A stretch of DNA of 63,240 nt, the filler included, from Octopus bimaculoides (Eukaryota): the NCBI RefSeq assembly GCF_001194135.2. It is 7 parts of 7 records of this genome, joined end to end, with 100 filler letters (N's around TTAATTAATTAA, not from the genome) between each part and the next. Parts side by side here need not be neighbours in the genome. Positions count along the whole stretch, not along the records: positions 1 to 9,393 come from NC_068982.1; positions 9,494 to 25,617 come from NC_068992.1; 5 more parts are not named here. One strand, written 5' to 3'. The position numbers and the translations under genes were made by a program. Each line of letters opens with the position of its first letter. The first letter of the stretch is position 1. Below, one piece after another: positions 1 to 10,298 of the stretch. The notes beneath the pieces are model-generated. The model was not told the origin of the DNA. It saw only the letters and a list, made by a program, of their open reading frames with translations, and made no database searches.

Positions 1-220
1 CCTACTTTTAAATGGTAGGTCGTTTTAAGCATGTCAAAATAGTTACACAGAACAACCAGAAAGTGTGTGAAGAACAAGTGAAAGAATAAATTAAAGTATG
101 GTGGCTAAAGGAACCATATTTTAGACAGAACTTTCATTTAAAATTACAATTACATTTATAATAGATTCACATCTTTTATAAATTCCATTTACATATTTTA
201 TATGAACATTAAACGAGGAA

Positions 221-424
221 AGACGGCGAACTGGCAGAAACGTTAGCACACCAGGCATTGCGGCATTTCGTCGTCTTTACCTTCAAATTTCGCCGAAGTC
301 GGCTTCGTCTTTTATCCTTCCGAGATCGATAAAATAGGTACCAGTGATTGACTGGAGTCAATGTAATCGACTAGCCCCTTTCCCCGAAATTGCTGGCTTT
401 GTGTCAAAATTTGAAACCAATATT
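221..424 (+). mobile_element. tRNA-derived SINE, family A (central GTCGACTTTGCCTTTCATCCTTTCGGGGTCGATAAA-type domain), diverged copy
   Basis: Head GGCGAACTGGCAGAAACGTTAGCAC, central domain and AAATTTGAAACCAATATT tail align by eye to copies at 7912, 8715, 15975 and 42820. Confidence 0.8.
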
Positions 425-844
425 AAACAAACAAGTAAGTTGATTTGCAATTTTCTTGACCATGCAAGAATAAAAACAAAGTTTACCTTTGCGGGTCTAT
501 CCGATTTTATAACAATTCTGCTAATCGTTCGCCAAAGATAGATAAATAGAAACAGACAGATAGACGGGTGAGAAAAAGATGAGGGTGAAACATATTTACG
601 TATATGCCTGTCATATATGTGCATGTGTATATTGCATAACAGGTTATAAAGCATTAACAGTCGCTTGTGCATTTGAATTAAACATGTAACATGATTTCTG
701 CTCTTCTGCGTAAATTTTATTGTGAAAGAATCTATGTTCCAAAACATATGCCTCTATGATACAATTTTATACTGAAAAAAACAGAAGCCAACTTTTTTGT
801 TCATTCCTTTTTTTACCGTTTAGTCGTAGTGGGGAGTGCAGCAC

Positions 845-982
845 TTTGAACTGGTACTTTTATCAACTCTGAAAAGATAAAGGGAAAGCTGGCTTCGGCG
901 GGAATTGAACTTAGAGTGTAGAAAACCGGAATAAAAATGTTACAAGACAATTTTCCCCACGTGCTGCTAATCAGCCACCTTA
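845..982 (-). mobile_element. SINE family A, degenerate copy
   Basis: ACTGGTACTTTTATCAACTCTGAAAAGATAAAGGGAAAGCTGGCTTCGGCGGGAATTGAAC is a degenerate reverse complement of the family A central domain. Confidence 0.55.
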
Positions 983-1633
983 CAGCAGAGACTACAACAT
1001 TTTTAGTTTCTCATTCGGTGAAAGCTTTGGCTTTCAAAATCCGTTAAATGGTTGTTGCACCATGAGTTTGTTTTTCAGTTCACCTAGTTATTTGTATATT
1101 GTCATCTTATAATATTCGTTCAACAATATAGAGATTGGAGTTAAATGGTAACCTTGTGGTGTTTAGCAGTTCGGGAAAGAACTGCAGGAATATAGTATTT
1201 ATCTGTAACAGCTGAGATTTGTGAAACTTTGAACTCTTTAGCATTCAGGTTATTCTGTCGAATGTAATGCTTATTTATTTACATTATTTTGAATTAATCC
1301 CGCACGATCTTGTAGCCTCAAGATGATAATGTGATTGTTTATTTTTAGAATGACATTGTAGAATAGGTATGAAAGGCTGGATATAGCCTGTTTGAACGTA
1401 AAACAGGGTGAATATTTTGGCATGATAGGAGTTGCCAAACCAGTGGTTCGTAACCCCCACTTTTTTTTGTAGCGCCCCTTTCTTTTAAGTAGTTGTTATG
1501 TCTAGTGCCCACCTAAGTTGCGAGTGAAGTATCACGACTAAACTAACTTAACGTGGGTGATAATTCATAAATTTTGCTCTAAAAATGGATTTATAAGCTT
1601 TTTATAGTGAAATGATAAATTAATAAGGACAAA

Positions 1634-1868
1634 TACTCTTTTACTTGTTTCAGTCATTTGACTGCGGCCATGCTGGAGCACCGCCTTTAGTCGAGCAAAT
1701 CGACCACAGGACTTATTCTTTGTAAGCCTAGTACTTATTCTATCGGTCTCTTTTGCCGAACCGCTAAGTTACGGGGACGTAAACACACCAGCATCGGTTG
1801 TCAAGCGATGTTGGGGCGACAAACATAGATACACAAACATATACACGCACATACATACATACATACGA
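1634..1868 (-). mobile_element. SINE family B (CORE-like SINE with internal microsatellite), 3' half only
   Basis: Reverse complement of the 3' half of the full copy at 44947-45360; ends 4 nt (CGAC) past the internal (CATA)n. Confidence 0.85.
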
Positions 1869-1883
1869 CTTCATAAAAAAATC

Positions 1884-2819
1884 ATGAGGAAGTGCAACAG
1901 CACTGACATGGGCGATATTATAAAGTTTTGCAAAAACACGCCTAAGCTGATTTACCAAAACACGTGGAGCAACATCTACAGAAACACACCAAACATAAAC
2001 ACAATCATTTCAGCAGCGGCAACAGAGACAAATATAGAAAGCTTAAGCACACCCATATGGAAACAAATTAGAGAAAAGAAAGCGTATTTCAGCGCCAACA
2101 CAAACAACTACCACGACATACAAACATCGCTCGATATATTCGATGAGTGATTAAATCATCACAACATCGATCCAGAAGAATTCGGGAGACAAACTTTTGA
2201 AGTTTGCCATAAAATCAACCCAAAGGTCAATGGATTACACATAACAGGGGAAAGTAACTCCGGTAAGAGCTACATATTACGTAGCATCAGAAACGGACTT
2301 ATGAACTGCGGCAGAATGAGGTGTCAGGCCAGCGATAACTTCACGTTCGGGTCGTGCATCGACAAGACCCTCATCTATACAGACGAGATGTGGTTCACGA
2401 CTAACAACGTGGAGGAGGCCAAGTGCATTCTAGAAGGCACCAACACGTACATAAACATTAAACATCAAGCCGAAAGAATCCTCAAAAGAATGCCATCGCT
2501 TTCAACATCAAATCAAGACCCATGGAGGGTCGTTATGCAAGAGGAGCAGGCTATTAAAAACAGACTCTTCAGGTTCAGAACATCGACAAGCATGCCCAAA
2601 CTTAAAGAATGGGGAAAAGTCGAACTCAATCCTCTGATGTGGCTGACAATATGGAAGCCCTACATCGAGAAATACGTAACGAACACGTATAGCAAGATTT
2701 ATTTGGAAAACAACAAACCAAAACCATCGACAAGATTCAACGCAACAGAGATCGACAGCTGGTCACCCAACAAGAAAAGAGTCATGTTCGCAGTTCAAAG
2801 AAAACTTTGGAAGAGTTAG
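1884..2819 (+). pseudogene. NS1: Endogenous parvoviral element: NS1 SF3 helicase, hamaparvovirus/brevidensovirus-like, with in-frame TGA at 2148-2150
   Basis: ORFs 1884-2150 and 2301-2819 share one frame joined by 50 open codons: E*LNHHNIDPEEF...KINPKVNGLHITGESNSGKS. Walker A at 2247-2270, Walker B LIYTDE at 2370-2387, B' EEAKCILEG..INIKH, motif C STSN at 2502-2513, then KNRLF. Motif order and spacing fit parvoviral SF3; the brevidensovirus resemblance is from recollection, not a search. Confidence 0.9.
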
Positions 2820-3072
2820 AAGATGAGCCTACAAAAAGACCTTGTGTTCTCGACCCGACACTCGAAGCACAAGCTTGCATATATCACGGGCGAATAGACG
2901 GTACCTGCTACTTCGCCGGAGACGAAAGATCTGACGACGGAGATCAAGAGTGCGACAAAGAAGAATGGAGCCCCTTGGATTGCACTACTACCGAGCTGTG
3001 ACTACAAAACCACTTCGCATACATTAGAGAAAGAGAACTGACAGGAACATTAAATAGACTTTACAATTACAG
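2693..3072 (+). pseudogene. Overlapping -1 frame of the viral insert (frameshifted NS1 C-terminus or a second viral ORF)
   Basis: Frame open from after TAG 2690-2692 to TGA 2999-3001 (acidic, Cys/His-containing CIYHGRIDGTC), then open again (LQNHFAYIRERELTGTLNRLYNY) to the gap; composition matches NS1. Confidence 0.5.
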
Positions 3073-4059
3073 NNNNNNNNNNNNNNNNNNNNNNNNNNNN
3101 NNNNNNNNNNNNNNNNNNNNNNNNNNNNNNNNNNNNNNNNNNNNNNNNNNNNNNNNNNNNNNNNNNNNNNNNNNNNNNNNNNNNNNNNNNNNNNNNNNNN
3201 NNNNNNNNNNNNNNNNNNNNNNNNNNNNNNNNNNNNNNNNNNNNNNNNNNNNNNNNNNNNNNNNNNNNNNNNNNNNNNNNNNNNNNNNNNNNNNNNNNNN
3301 NNNNNNNNNNNNNNNNNNNNNNNNNNNNNNNNNNNNNNNNNNNNNNNNNNNNNNNNNNNNNNNNNNNNTTTATAATATCTGCTGTTTTTATATATGAAGC
3401 AATAAATTCCTTTAATGAGTTCTCATTAAAGTTGAACGATACATACGACTTTGTCTTTATTGCATGCAAGCATGTCTTTCTTTTTTTCTTTTTATTACTT
3501 ATTATTTATATATATTTATATTATATATAAATATATATAAAGAAAGAGATAAATGCATGACGTCATCACTGCCATCGAAGCTGGGTAAGTTATGAGATGC
3601 GCGCACACGCGAATCGCAGGTAAGCCATAATTTATTTTTCGCTGGTGCAGGTTAGACACTTGAAAATTAGACGGGGCACCTCTAGCACCAGGGATGCGGT
3701 ACAGTCAATGGTATTCTTTTCTATTCTAAACCATCGCCTGCTCTAGCCAAAACGAGCACTGGCAAACAAACCACTGCCCTAACCCCACCTATAAGGTGCC
3801 TTATGTTTCCGGATCGGTGGCATCAGTCGAAATGGATGAAAGCTGAAACGACTTCCTATTTATATCCTAAATGTAACGTCGATAGCAGGTCGGAGAACAG
3901 TACAACATACTAACATCGATGCAATTACGTAGAAATTAGACGGGGCACCTCTTTCTCCATCGGCATCGATGGCTGTGCGGTGTTTACTGAAAACACCTCC
4001 TACGGAATTCAATTTAATTATATAGCGAGCGGAGACTTAATCTAAATAATTGCAGAAAA

Positions 4060-4195
4060 AGCAATAAACAAGAAGTTTAACCAGAACCAAACAGCAGTAT
4101 ACAGAGATATGAGAAGAGAAGCAGTGAACATCACAGAAGCTCCTTCATGAGAAGACATTAACTCCTTTTGGAGGAAAATCTGGAGTGAAGAGATG
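4060..4195 (+). mobile_element. Fragment of R4/Dong-like non-LTR retrotransposon ORF (pre-RT region)
   Basis: Translates INKKFNQNQTAVYRDMRREAVNITEAPS*EDINSFWRKIWSEE, matching the N.F..NQ..FYR...P..E....FW..IW pattern of RLE-type LINEs. Confidence 0.55.
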
Positions 4196-6029
4196 TATGT
4201 ATGTATGTATGTAATTTAGCTAAGCATACAAATGTTGATGTAGAACAATAACTGCATCGTTTTTGTTTTCAAGGTGCTGCCCCAGCTTGACCAGAGCCCA
4301 ATGATTGAAACATTAAAACAATAGTGTAGTCAAACTGATGACAGATTACATCTAACTATCCTCCCAATCAGTACAGTCAATATTAACTAACTTCCCCCTC
4401 AGTTTTCATCAACAATTTCACTCGCGAAATTTGGTTAAAACTGAGGTGCCACGAATTTGGATCAAAATCATAAGCGAACTTCACAACTACACAACTATTC
4501 CCTGCGCCTTGTCTGTAAGAAAGACGGCTACTACGAATTATATCGTAAGTTTGGTCAGTCAGAACAGAGCTGATGTAAGATTAATCAAGTTGAATTGAGA
4601 CGACTGGAACAAAACAGCTTGCCGTAGCTGGCACTGGTACATTTATTCTATCGATCTTGGAAGGATGAAAGTTAGAATTAACCTTCAGAATGTAGAAGAA
4701 TGAAATTAAATACTACAAGTTAATTGGTCGAGTGTTCGGCGTTTTTTTTTGTTTTGTTTTTTTACTTACTTACTTGCCGCCCCTGATTTCATAAAACATA
4801 TAATGATAATTAAAGTTCAGAGCTGAACGAGGAATCAAACTGCAGAGGCGAGGAACTCCTATGTAATCGATATGTTTGCCAACCTTGCTATGTTCAGTTA
4901 ATACAGCACGCCCTGATAACAACATACCAAACTGACAGGTATCTTTTTACTAAAGCAATATCATATAAAGTCTTTTCGTCTTCTTTCTGATTACAGCCAC
5001 TGTTTTGTTGGCAAACAACACTTTACAACCAGAAATTCATTTGTCACGAAGAGATACCAGGGCATTTTCTATCAAGTGGTGGCGATGGTGATGATCATGA
5101 TGGCGACGACGACTATGACGATTATGATTACAACTACGTCGACGACGACGACGAAAACGAGACTTGAATGCCATTGTTTTGCTGCAATTAATTCTCCTCA
5201 ACTTGCCACAGCTCCCAACTTCATTCATACAACCTACACGTTACTAAAAGATTAGCTTCTACCACTAAAAATCGGGAGATGTCGTTATCAATCCAGTGCA
5301 TGGTATAGTGTAACGTTTACATCACTGACAGCGACAAATGATCAATACGATTTATATTTTTCTCATACTCCACTACTAATACTAATGTTTCTAGCAATAT
5401 TATTATAATTTACAGTCACCATTTTCCTGAGTTAGAAACTGGAGATCTTATATTTCAAAAGAAACAAATATCTATTATGAATAATTGAGTTGCCTAGCAT
5501 CATTACAGGTTACGGGACTTACATTTCGTGAGCTGCAAAAATCTTATTCATTTTTCTCTTCAGTGTTTTCAACCCGAGTGATATAAGCAACATTGATAAA
5601 ATAAACATTATTATACATTGTAGCCGTAAGGCCTATCTCCTCTAGGGTTTCATCATCTCAATAGCAGCAGCAGCATGGCGTGTCAAACATACATATTTTA
5701 GAAAACGGCGGCACACTTCCTGATTGCTCTTCTGTTGGCTTAACATTTACTGTTTGCTTCGATGCCAAGAATAATGTTTATGTTGAACAACTGCAAAGAG
5801 GAATGCAGCAAGCAGCGATCGTTTTATATTTGAAATTCTTGAAGAAACACTAGAGAGTAAAACTATTTTGGATTTTTTTTATTTGTCAGGTAATTTCCTT
5901 TCTTTTATTTATCCATTTTTATTTATTTCAGGGAAGCAGTTCGCTTTTGATCCTAACAACTGGTTAATTAAATTATATTGTTTTTATAGGTTTAGTATTT
6001 AGTTGAAGTTTTAATTTAAGATTGCAACT

Positions 6030-6168
6030 AATTTCGCCGAGGTCGGCTTTGCTTTTCACCTTTTCGGGGTCGTTCAAATGAGTACCAGTTGAACACTGGG
6101 GCCGATGTAATCGACTTACCACCTCTCCCTAAATTGCTGGCATTGTACCAAAATTTGAAATCAATTTA
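6030..6168 (+). mobile_element. SINE family A, 5'-truncated
   Basis: AATTTCGCCGAGGTCGGCTTTGCTTTTCACCTTTTCGGGGTCG...GTACCAGTT...AAATTTGAAATCAAT. Confidence 0.75.
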
Positions 6169-6412
6169 AGGTGGCAGCTCGTTATGTTGACGGTATTTCT
6201 AAAGATCAACTGTTAGCTAGCTTGCAATATTGAGTTCAAGTTCTCCTATAGGTCTGAAGGAGAACTTATGCCCTCCAATGTATTCCTTCTTTAGAATATT
6301 CTCTGTGTTTCAACTAATAAGATGAGCAAGGACAGTGTGGATAGATTGTCATCGGTGCTGTTCGGTGGAAAGATTGTCATCGGTGCCATACACTTAGTGA
6401 TTTGGTTCTTCT

Positions 6413-6564
6413 TCATCATCATCATCGTTTAACGTCCGATTTCCTTGCTAGCATGGGTTGGACGATTTGACTGAGGACTGGTGAAACCGGATGGCGACAC
6501 CAGGCTCCAATCTGATTTGGCAGAGTTTCTACAGCTGGATGCCCTTCCTAACGCCAACCACTCT
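6413..6564 (-). mobile_element. RTE-type 3' tail repeat (family C) ending in (GAT)n
   Basis: Near-identical reverse complement of 55490-55635. Confidence 0.85.
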
Positions 6565-6706
6565 TGTATATTTGAATTAGTATCACGTTATATAAAAGTT
6601 TAACTAATCACTATATGCAGCAGCTGTAACTGACAAATGTTTCAGTTTGCAGTACAGAACTCCACTTCGCTCTTGAGTCATTGGATAAGGAGGCAGGAAA
6701 CATATA

Positions 6707-7393
6707 CAGGCATACCTCACCCTACGTCATTAATTGGTTCCAGGAAACACGACTTGAATCGAATTTACTCGTCTCTAGGCTAAACCTATTGTTGACAGTG
6801 TTCTTTATCCCCGGGGCTTAAGGTTTGGTATGTGCTAAAATCTTGTCCTTATTATGTACAATCGTCGATACAGTTGTCCGACTCATTCCAAAAGATCGTG
6901 CAATTGCTACCACTTTTCCACCTTTTTCATATCGTTTTATCATAGCCAGTTTATCTTCCAGCGTTATAGCATCACACTTAGCACTTTCACTATGAATTTT
7001 CTTAGGAGTCATGGGAGTAAAAAATAAAGTCACAAATGAATGAGAAAATAGCCGATAAACAGACGTAAACAAATCTGAATTCAAAACAATCGCGGAATCA
7101 CGACTGACAACGACGCCTAACGGTAGATATTGGAACTACAGTGCAAGATGAGCTCCGAAAGACCGATAAATAAGACAACACAGCTGGTTTCATGATTTCG
7201 ATTGTACAGTAACATGATTTTATGTGCTTTTAACGGTTTTCTAGTGATATTTCTGCCAATATTTGTGGCAGACGTACATAAAATCGAGTAAAATGACTTC
7301 ACTTAATTGTGATTTTTCCATATATTATTTTTGAAAACTGACGTACAATCGAGAACAACTTAAATCGAAACGACTTAAGCCGAGGTATGCCTG
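6707..7393 (-). mobile_element. Tigger/pogo-like non-autonomous DNA transposon with N-terminal CENP-B-type HTH remnant
   Basis: TIRs CAGGCATACCTC / GAGGTATGCCTG, TA at 6705-6706 and 7394-7395; ORF 6818-7084 MTPKK...ITLEDKLAMIKRYEKGGKVVAIARSFGMSRTTVSTIVHNKDKI. Confidence 0.9.
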
Positions 7394-7656
7394 TATCTCC
7401 ATTTCAGAAATCAGAATGACTGTTCACCCATTGGAAAATACTTCTGGTTAAAAAAAAGTCGGAGTATTACACAAGATACGTTGAGTTCATTCTTAGAACA
7501 GATGAAGTGTGTTGTTTCCTCAGTTCAATGCTGCTCGGACAACATGGTTCTATAGTATTTAGCTTATGTCCTTCGGCAGGCCTACTTCTTCTGTCATCCA
7601 TTTGGGATAAATAAATAGCTACGACTACTACTACTAATAATAATTATTATTATTAT

Positions 7657-7795
7657 TATAGGATTGATGTTACTCCTCCAGAAATGAAAGAAACAATAAA
7701 GAAGAGTGCGACTGTCGAAATATTGTTCATTTGATAACAGTCGTATTCTTCTTTATTGTTTCTTTAATTTCTGGAGGAGTAACATCAATCCTATA
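7657..7795. repeat. Inverted repeat, 49-bp arms with 1 mismatch, 41-nt loop
   Basis: Arms 7657-7705 and 7747-7795. Confidence 0.9.
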
Positions 7796-7911
7796 AATAT
7801 TACCAAAATGAAGTAGCTTGACAAGTTTATTTTTGAACCTGTGGAAGACACACTAGATGTCGAAATATTGTTCATTTGATAACAGTTGCACTCCAATAAT
7901 AATAATAGTAA

Positions 7912-8130
7912 TAATCCTTTTCTACTTGAGGCACAAGGCTCGAGATTTTGGGGGAGGGGGCCAGTCGATTAGATCAACTCCAGTACGCATCTGGTACTTA
8001 ATTTATCGACCCCGAAAGGATGAAAGGCAAAGTCGACCTCGGTGGAATTTGAACTTACAATGTAGCGACGGACGAAATGCCGCTAAGCATTTTGCCCGGT
8101 GTGCTAACGATTCTGCCAGCTCGTCCCCTT
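7912..8130 (-). mobile_element. SINE family A, full length
   Basis: Reverse complement head AAGGGGACGAGCTGGCAGAATCGTTAGCAC, central domain and tail present. Confidence 0.85.
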
Positions 8131-8149
8131 AATAATAATAATTGCCCTG

Positions 8150-8712
8150 ATGTAACACCAGGCAGTGGCTCTCATGGCTTTTGATTTTAACTGATTGGAA
8201 GTGTTATCATGTACATTGTTTTGTCTTGGTATAAAAAAGATGGGCTGCAGCAAATATTTTGCTCAATACTACAGATTTGCTTGTCAGTTGCATGACCTTA
8301 AGCAATTGAGCATATCTGTTAATGGTTGATGCTATGTGCGTTTCTGATCACGAGCAGAAGTGGTGGGGGAGCATCATAGCCATGTGTTGAGATGAATTAT
8401 TTGGGGTCTGAATAATTCACCTCAGCAAACATGGGTGTTTTGTTCGTCATCCTTAAACAAACCTTATTCAAGGACCTTTTGAGCGGGATGGGATAGTCGA
8501 CCTGAAGAAAATTCTAATTGGGCCCCACCTGCAAGGTTATGCGCTGTTTATCTTGATATAAGATCACCATGTCGCGCACATATGGTTGTGATGCATGTGC
8601 CTGGTGTAACCTTATCAGATGGGTATATTGGGCTTCGTATATTTGTACCCCAGTGTCAGTTTGATGGCATGCGCTGCTCTCTCTCTCTCACTCAATAATA
8701 ATAATAATAATA
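8150..8712 (+). repeat. Probable interspersed retro-repeat 3' end with (AAT)n tail
   Basis: Non-coding block ending GATGGCATGCGCTGCTCTCTC..CACTC(AAT)n; single copy in this window, family assignment is from recollection. Confidence 0.4.
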
Positions 8713-8714
8713 AT

Positions 8715-8925
8715 AGTGGTTTCAAATTTTTCCACAAAGGCAGCAATTTTGGGGGAGGGGATGAGTCCATTACATCAACCTCAGTATTCAACTGGTACTT
8801 ATTTCATCGAAAGAATGAAACGCAAAGTCGACCTCGGCGGAATTTGTACTCAGAACGTAGAGACGGGCGAAACACCGCTAAGCATTTCGACCAGCGCGTG
8901 AACAATTCTGCCAGCTCGCCGCCTG
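8715..8925 (-). mobile_element. SINE family A, full length
   Basis: Aligns to 7912-8130. Confidence 0.85.
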
Positions 8926-9223
8926 AAGCCTAATCATCGCTGCCCAGGATCAGGCATTGAATACCAGCTCAGTGGAAAGGGATATATACCACAGAAGTGC
9001 AATGAATGTGTGGGAAGGAGGTCGAAAGTGTGACTCACATTTTTAGTGCTTGTGAAAGTCTTGCGCAGTCATGACAAAGTAGCCTAAAATCTTATGGATA
9101 TGAGATAACGGGTGCTTAGTACCAACACACACCGGAAAAGGTAATGGATGAAAAGGGGACTTTGACTTTTAGGCAGACAAGGTGTTAGAGTACCGAAGGC
9201 CAGATATAGTAACCTTTGCCTCA

Positions 9224-9392
9224 AGTAGAAAAGGATTATTACTATTATTATTATTGGAGTGCAACTGTTATCAAATGAACAATATTTCGACATCTAGTGT
9301 GTCTTCCACAGGTTCAAAAATAAACTTGTCAAGCTACTTCATTTTGGTAATATTTATAGGATTGATGTTACTCCTCCAGAAATTAAAGAAAC
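9224..9392 (-). repeat. Near-identical inverted duplicate of about 7760-7933
   Basis: About 170 bp reverse-complement identity; the ORF track gives MSKYCSFDNSCTPIIIIVIILFYLR on + (7857) and - (9293). Confidence 0.9.
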
Positions 9393-9393
9393 G

Positions 9394-9493
9394 NNNNNNN
9401 NNNNNNNNNNNNNNNNNNNNNNNNNNNNNNNNNNNNNTTAATTAATTAANNNNNNNNNNNNNNNNNNNNNNNNNNNNNNNNNNNNNNNNNNNN
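9394..9493. other. Artificial 100-bp scaffold linker N44-TTAATTAATTAA-N44 (also 25618-25717, 33847-33946, 48329-48428, 50580-50679, 59503-59602)
   Basis: Six occurrences with an identical 44+12+44 layout. Confidence 0.95.
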
Positions 9494-9525
<32 letters not shown>

Positions 9526-9559
9526 TGTGTGTGTGTATGTGTGGGTGTGCATGTCTGTG

Positions 9560-9772
9560 TATGTGACTGTGTGTCTGTGTCTGTGTTTGTCTCTCCCCGC
9601 CGCTTGACAACCGGTGTTTGTGTGTTTACGTCAACATAGTTTAGCGGTTCGGCAAAAGGAGGCCGTTAGAACAAGCACCTGACTAGTGTTGGGGACGATT
9701 CATTTGAGTAAAATTCTCCAGGGTGGTGCTCCAGCATGCCCGCAGTCTAATGAATGAAACAAGTAAAAGAAT
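9560..9772 (+). mobile_element. SINE family B, 3' half
   Basis: CGCTTGACAACCGGTGTTTGTGTGTTTACG...GTGCTCCAGCATG...GAAACAAGTAAAAGA. Confidence 0.75.
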
Positions 9773-9914
9773 AAAATATTTATATAGATACATACATGTG
9801 TGTGTGTGTGTGTGTAGCTTGTGCTGATAGTTCTCTATATTTTCAGTCCTTCAATCGATCGATCGATAAGATTGATCTCTGAATACACTCAAACACATTT
9901 CTGAAACAGCTGTT

Positions 9915-10231
9915 AAGCCAATGGCCTTGCTCTCCATCAGTTATCACGACGAGTGCTTCAGTTGGTTCGATCAACAGAACTGCCTGCTCGTGAATTTAAC
10001 GTGAATGTGACCGAGTACACCATAGGCACGCGCACCCTTAACGTAGTTCTCAGCGTGACATAAAATGTGACATGCATGGCCCCTTGTGAATTATAGGTAC
10101 AACTCATTTTTGTCAGCTGAGTAAACTGGAGCAACGGGAAATAAAGTGTCATACTCAACGCGCCGCTGGAAATCGAACTCAAGACCTGACGATTGGGAAC
10201 CTAATACTCTAACCACTACGCCACGCACCTT
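9915..10231 (-). mobile_element. tRNA-derived SINE family D
   Basis: Minus-strand A box TGGCGTAGTGG and B box GAGTTCGATTTCC; body shared with 11731-12059 and 43665-43975. Confidence 0.8.
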
Positions 10232-10258
10232 CTCTGTAAGCCTACGATAAATAAACAA

Positions 10259-10298
<40 letters not shown>

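Noticed and set aside
1622-3461. 11/12 inverted match AATAAGGACAAA (1622-1633) versus TTTGTCTTTATT (3450-3461) around SINE plus EVE
   Set aside because: Short, AT-rich and not extendable; plausible by chance
3050-3469. Minus-strand ORF MHAIKTKSYVSFNF... as an ambisense capsid gene
   Set aside because: Mostly N; only about 33 real codons with no capsid or PLA2 motif, and the plus strand is equally open
4397-4446. 10-bp stem hairpin CCTCAGTTTT/AAAACTGAGG
   Set aside because: Too short and isolated to assign
5660-5961. Possible first exon with CAG|GTAATT donor and ETS-like ACTTCCTG
   Set aside because: Implied intron only 42 nt, ATG frame closes after 8 codons, no supporting evidence
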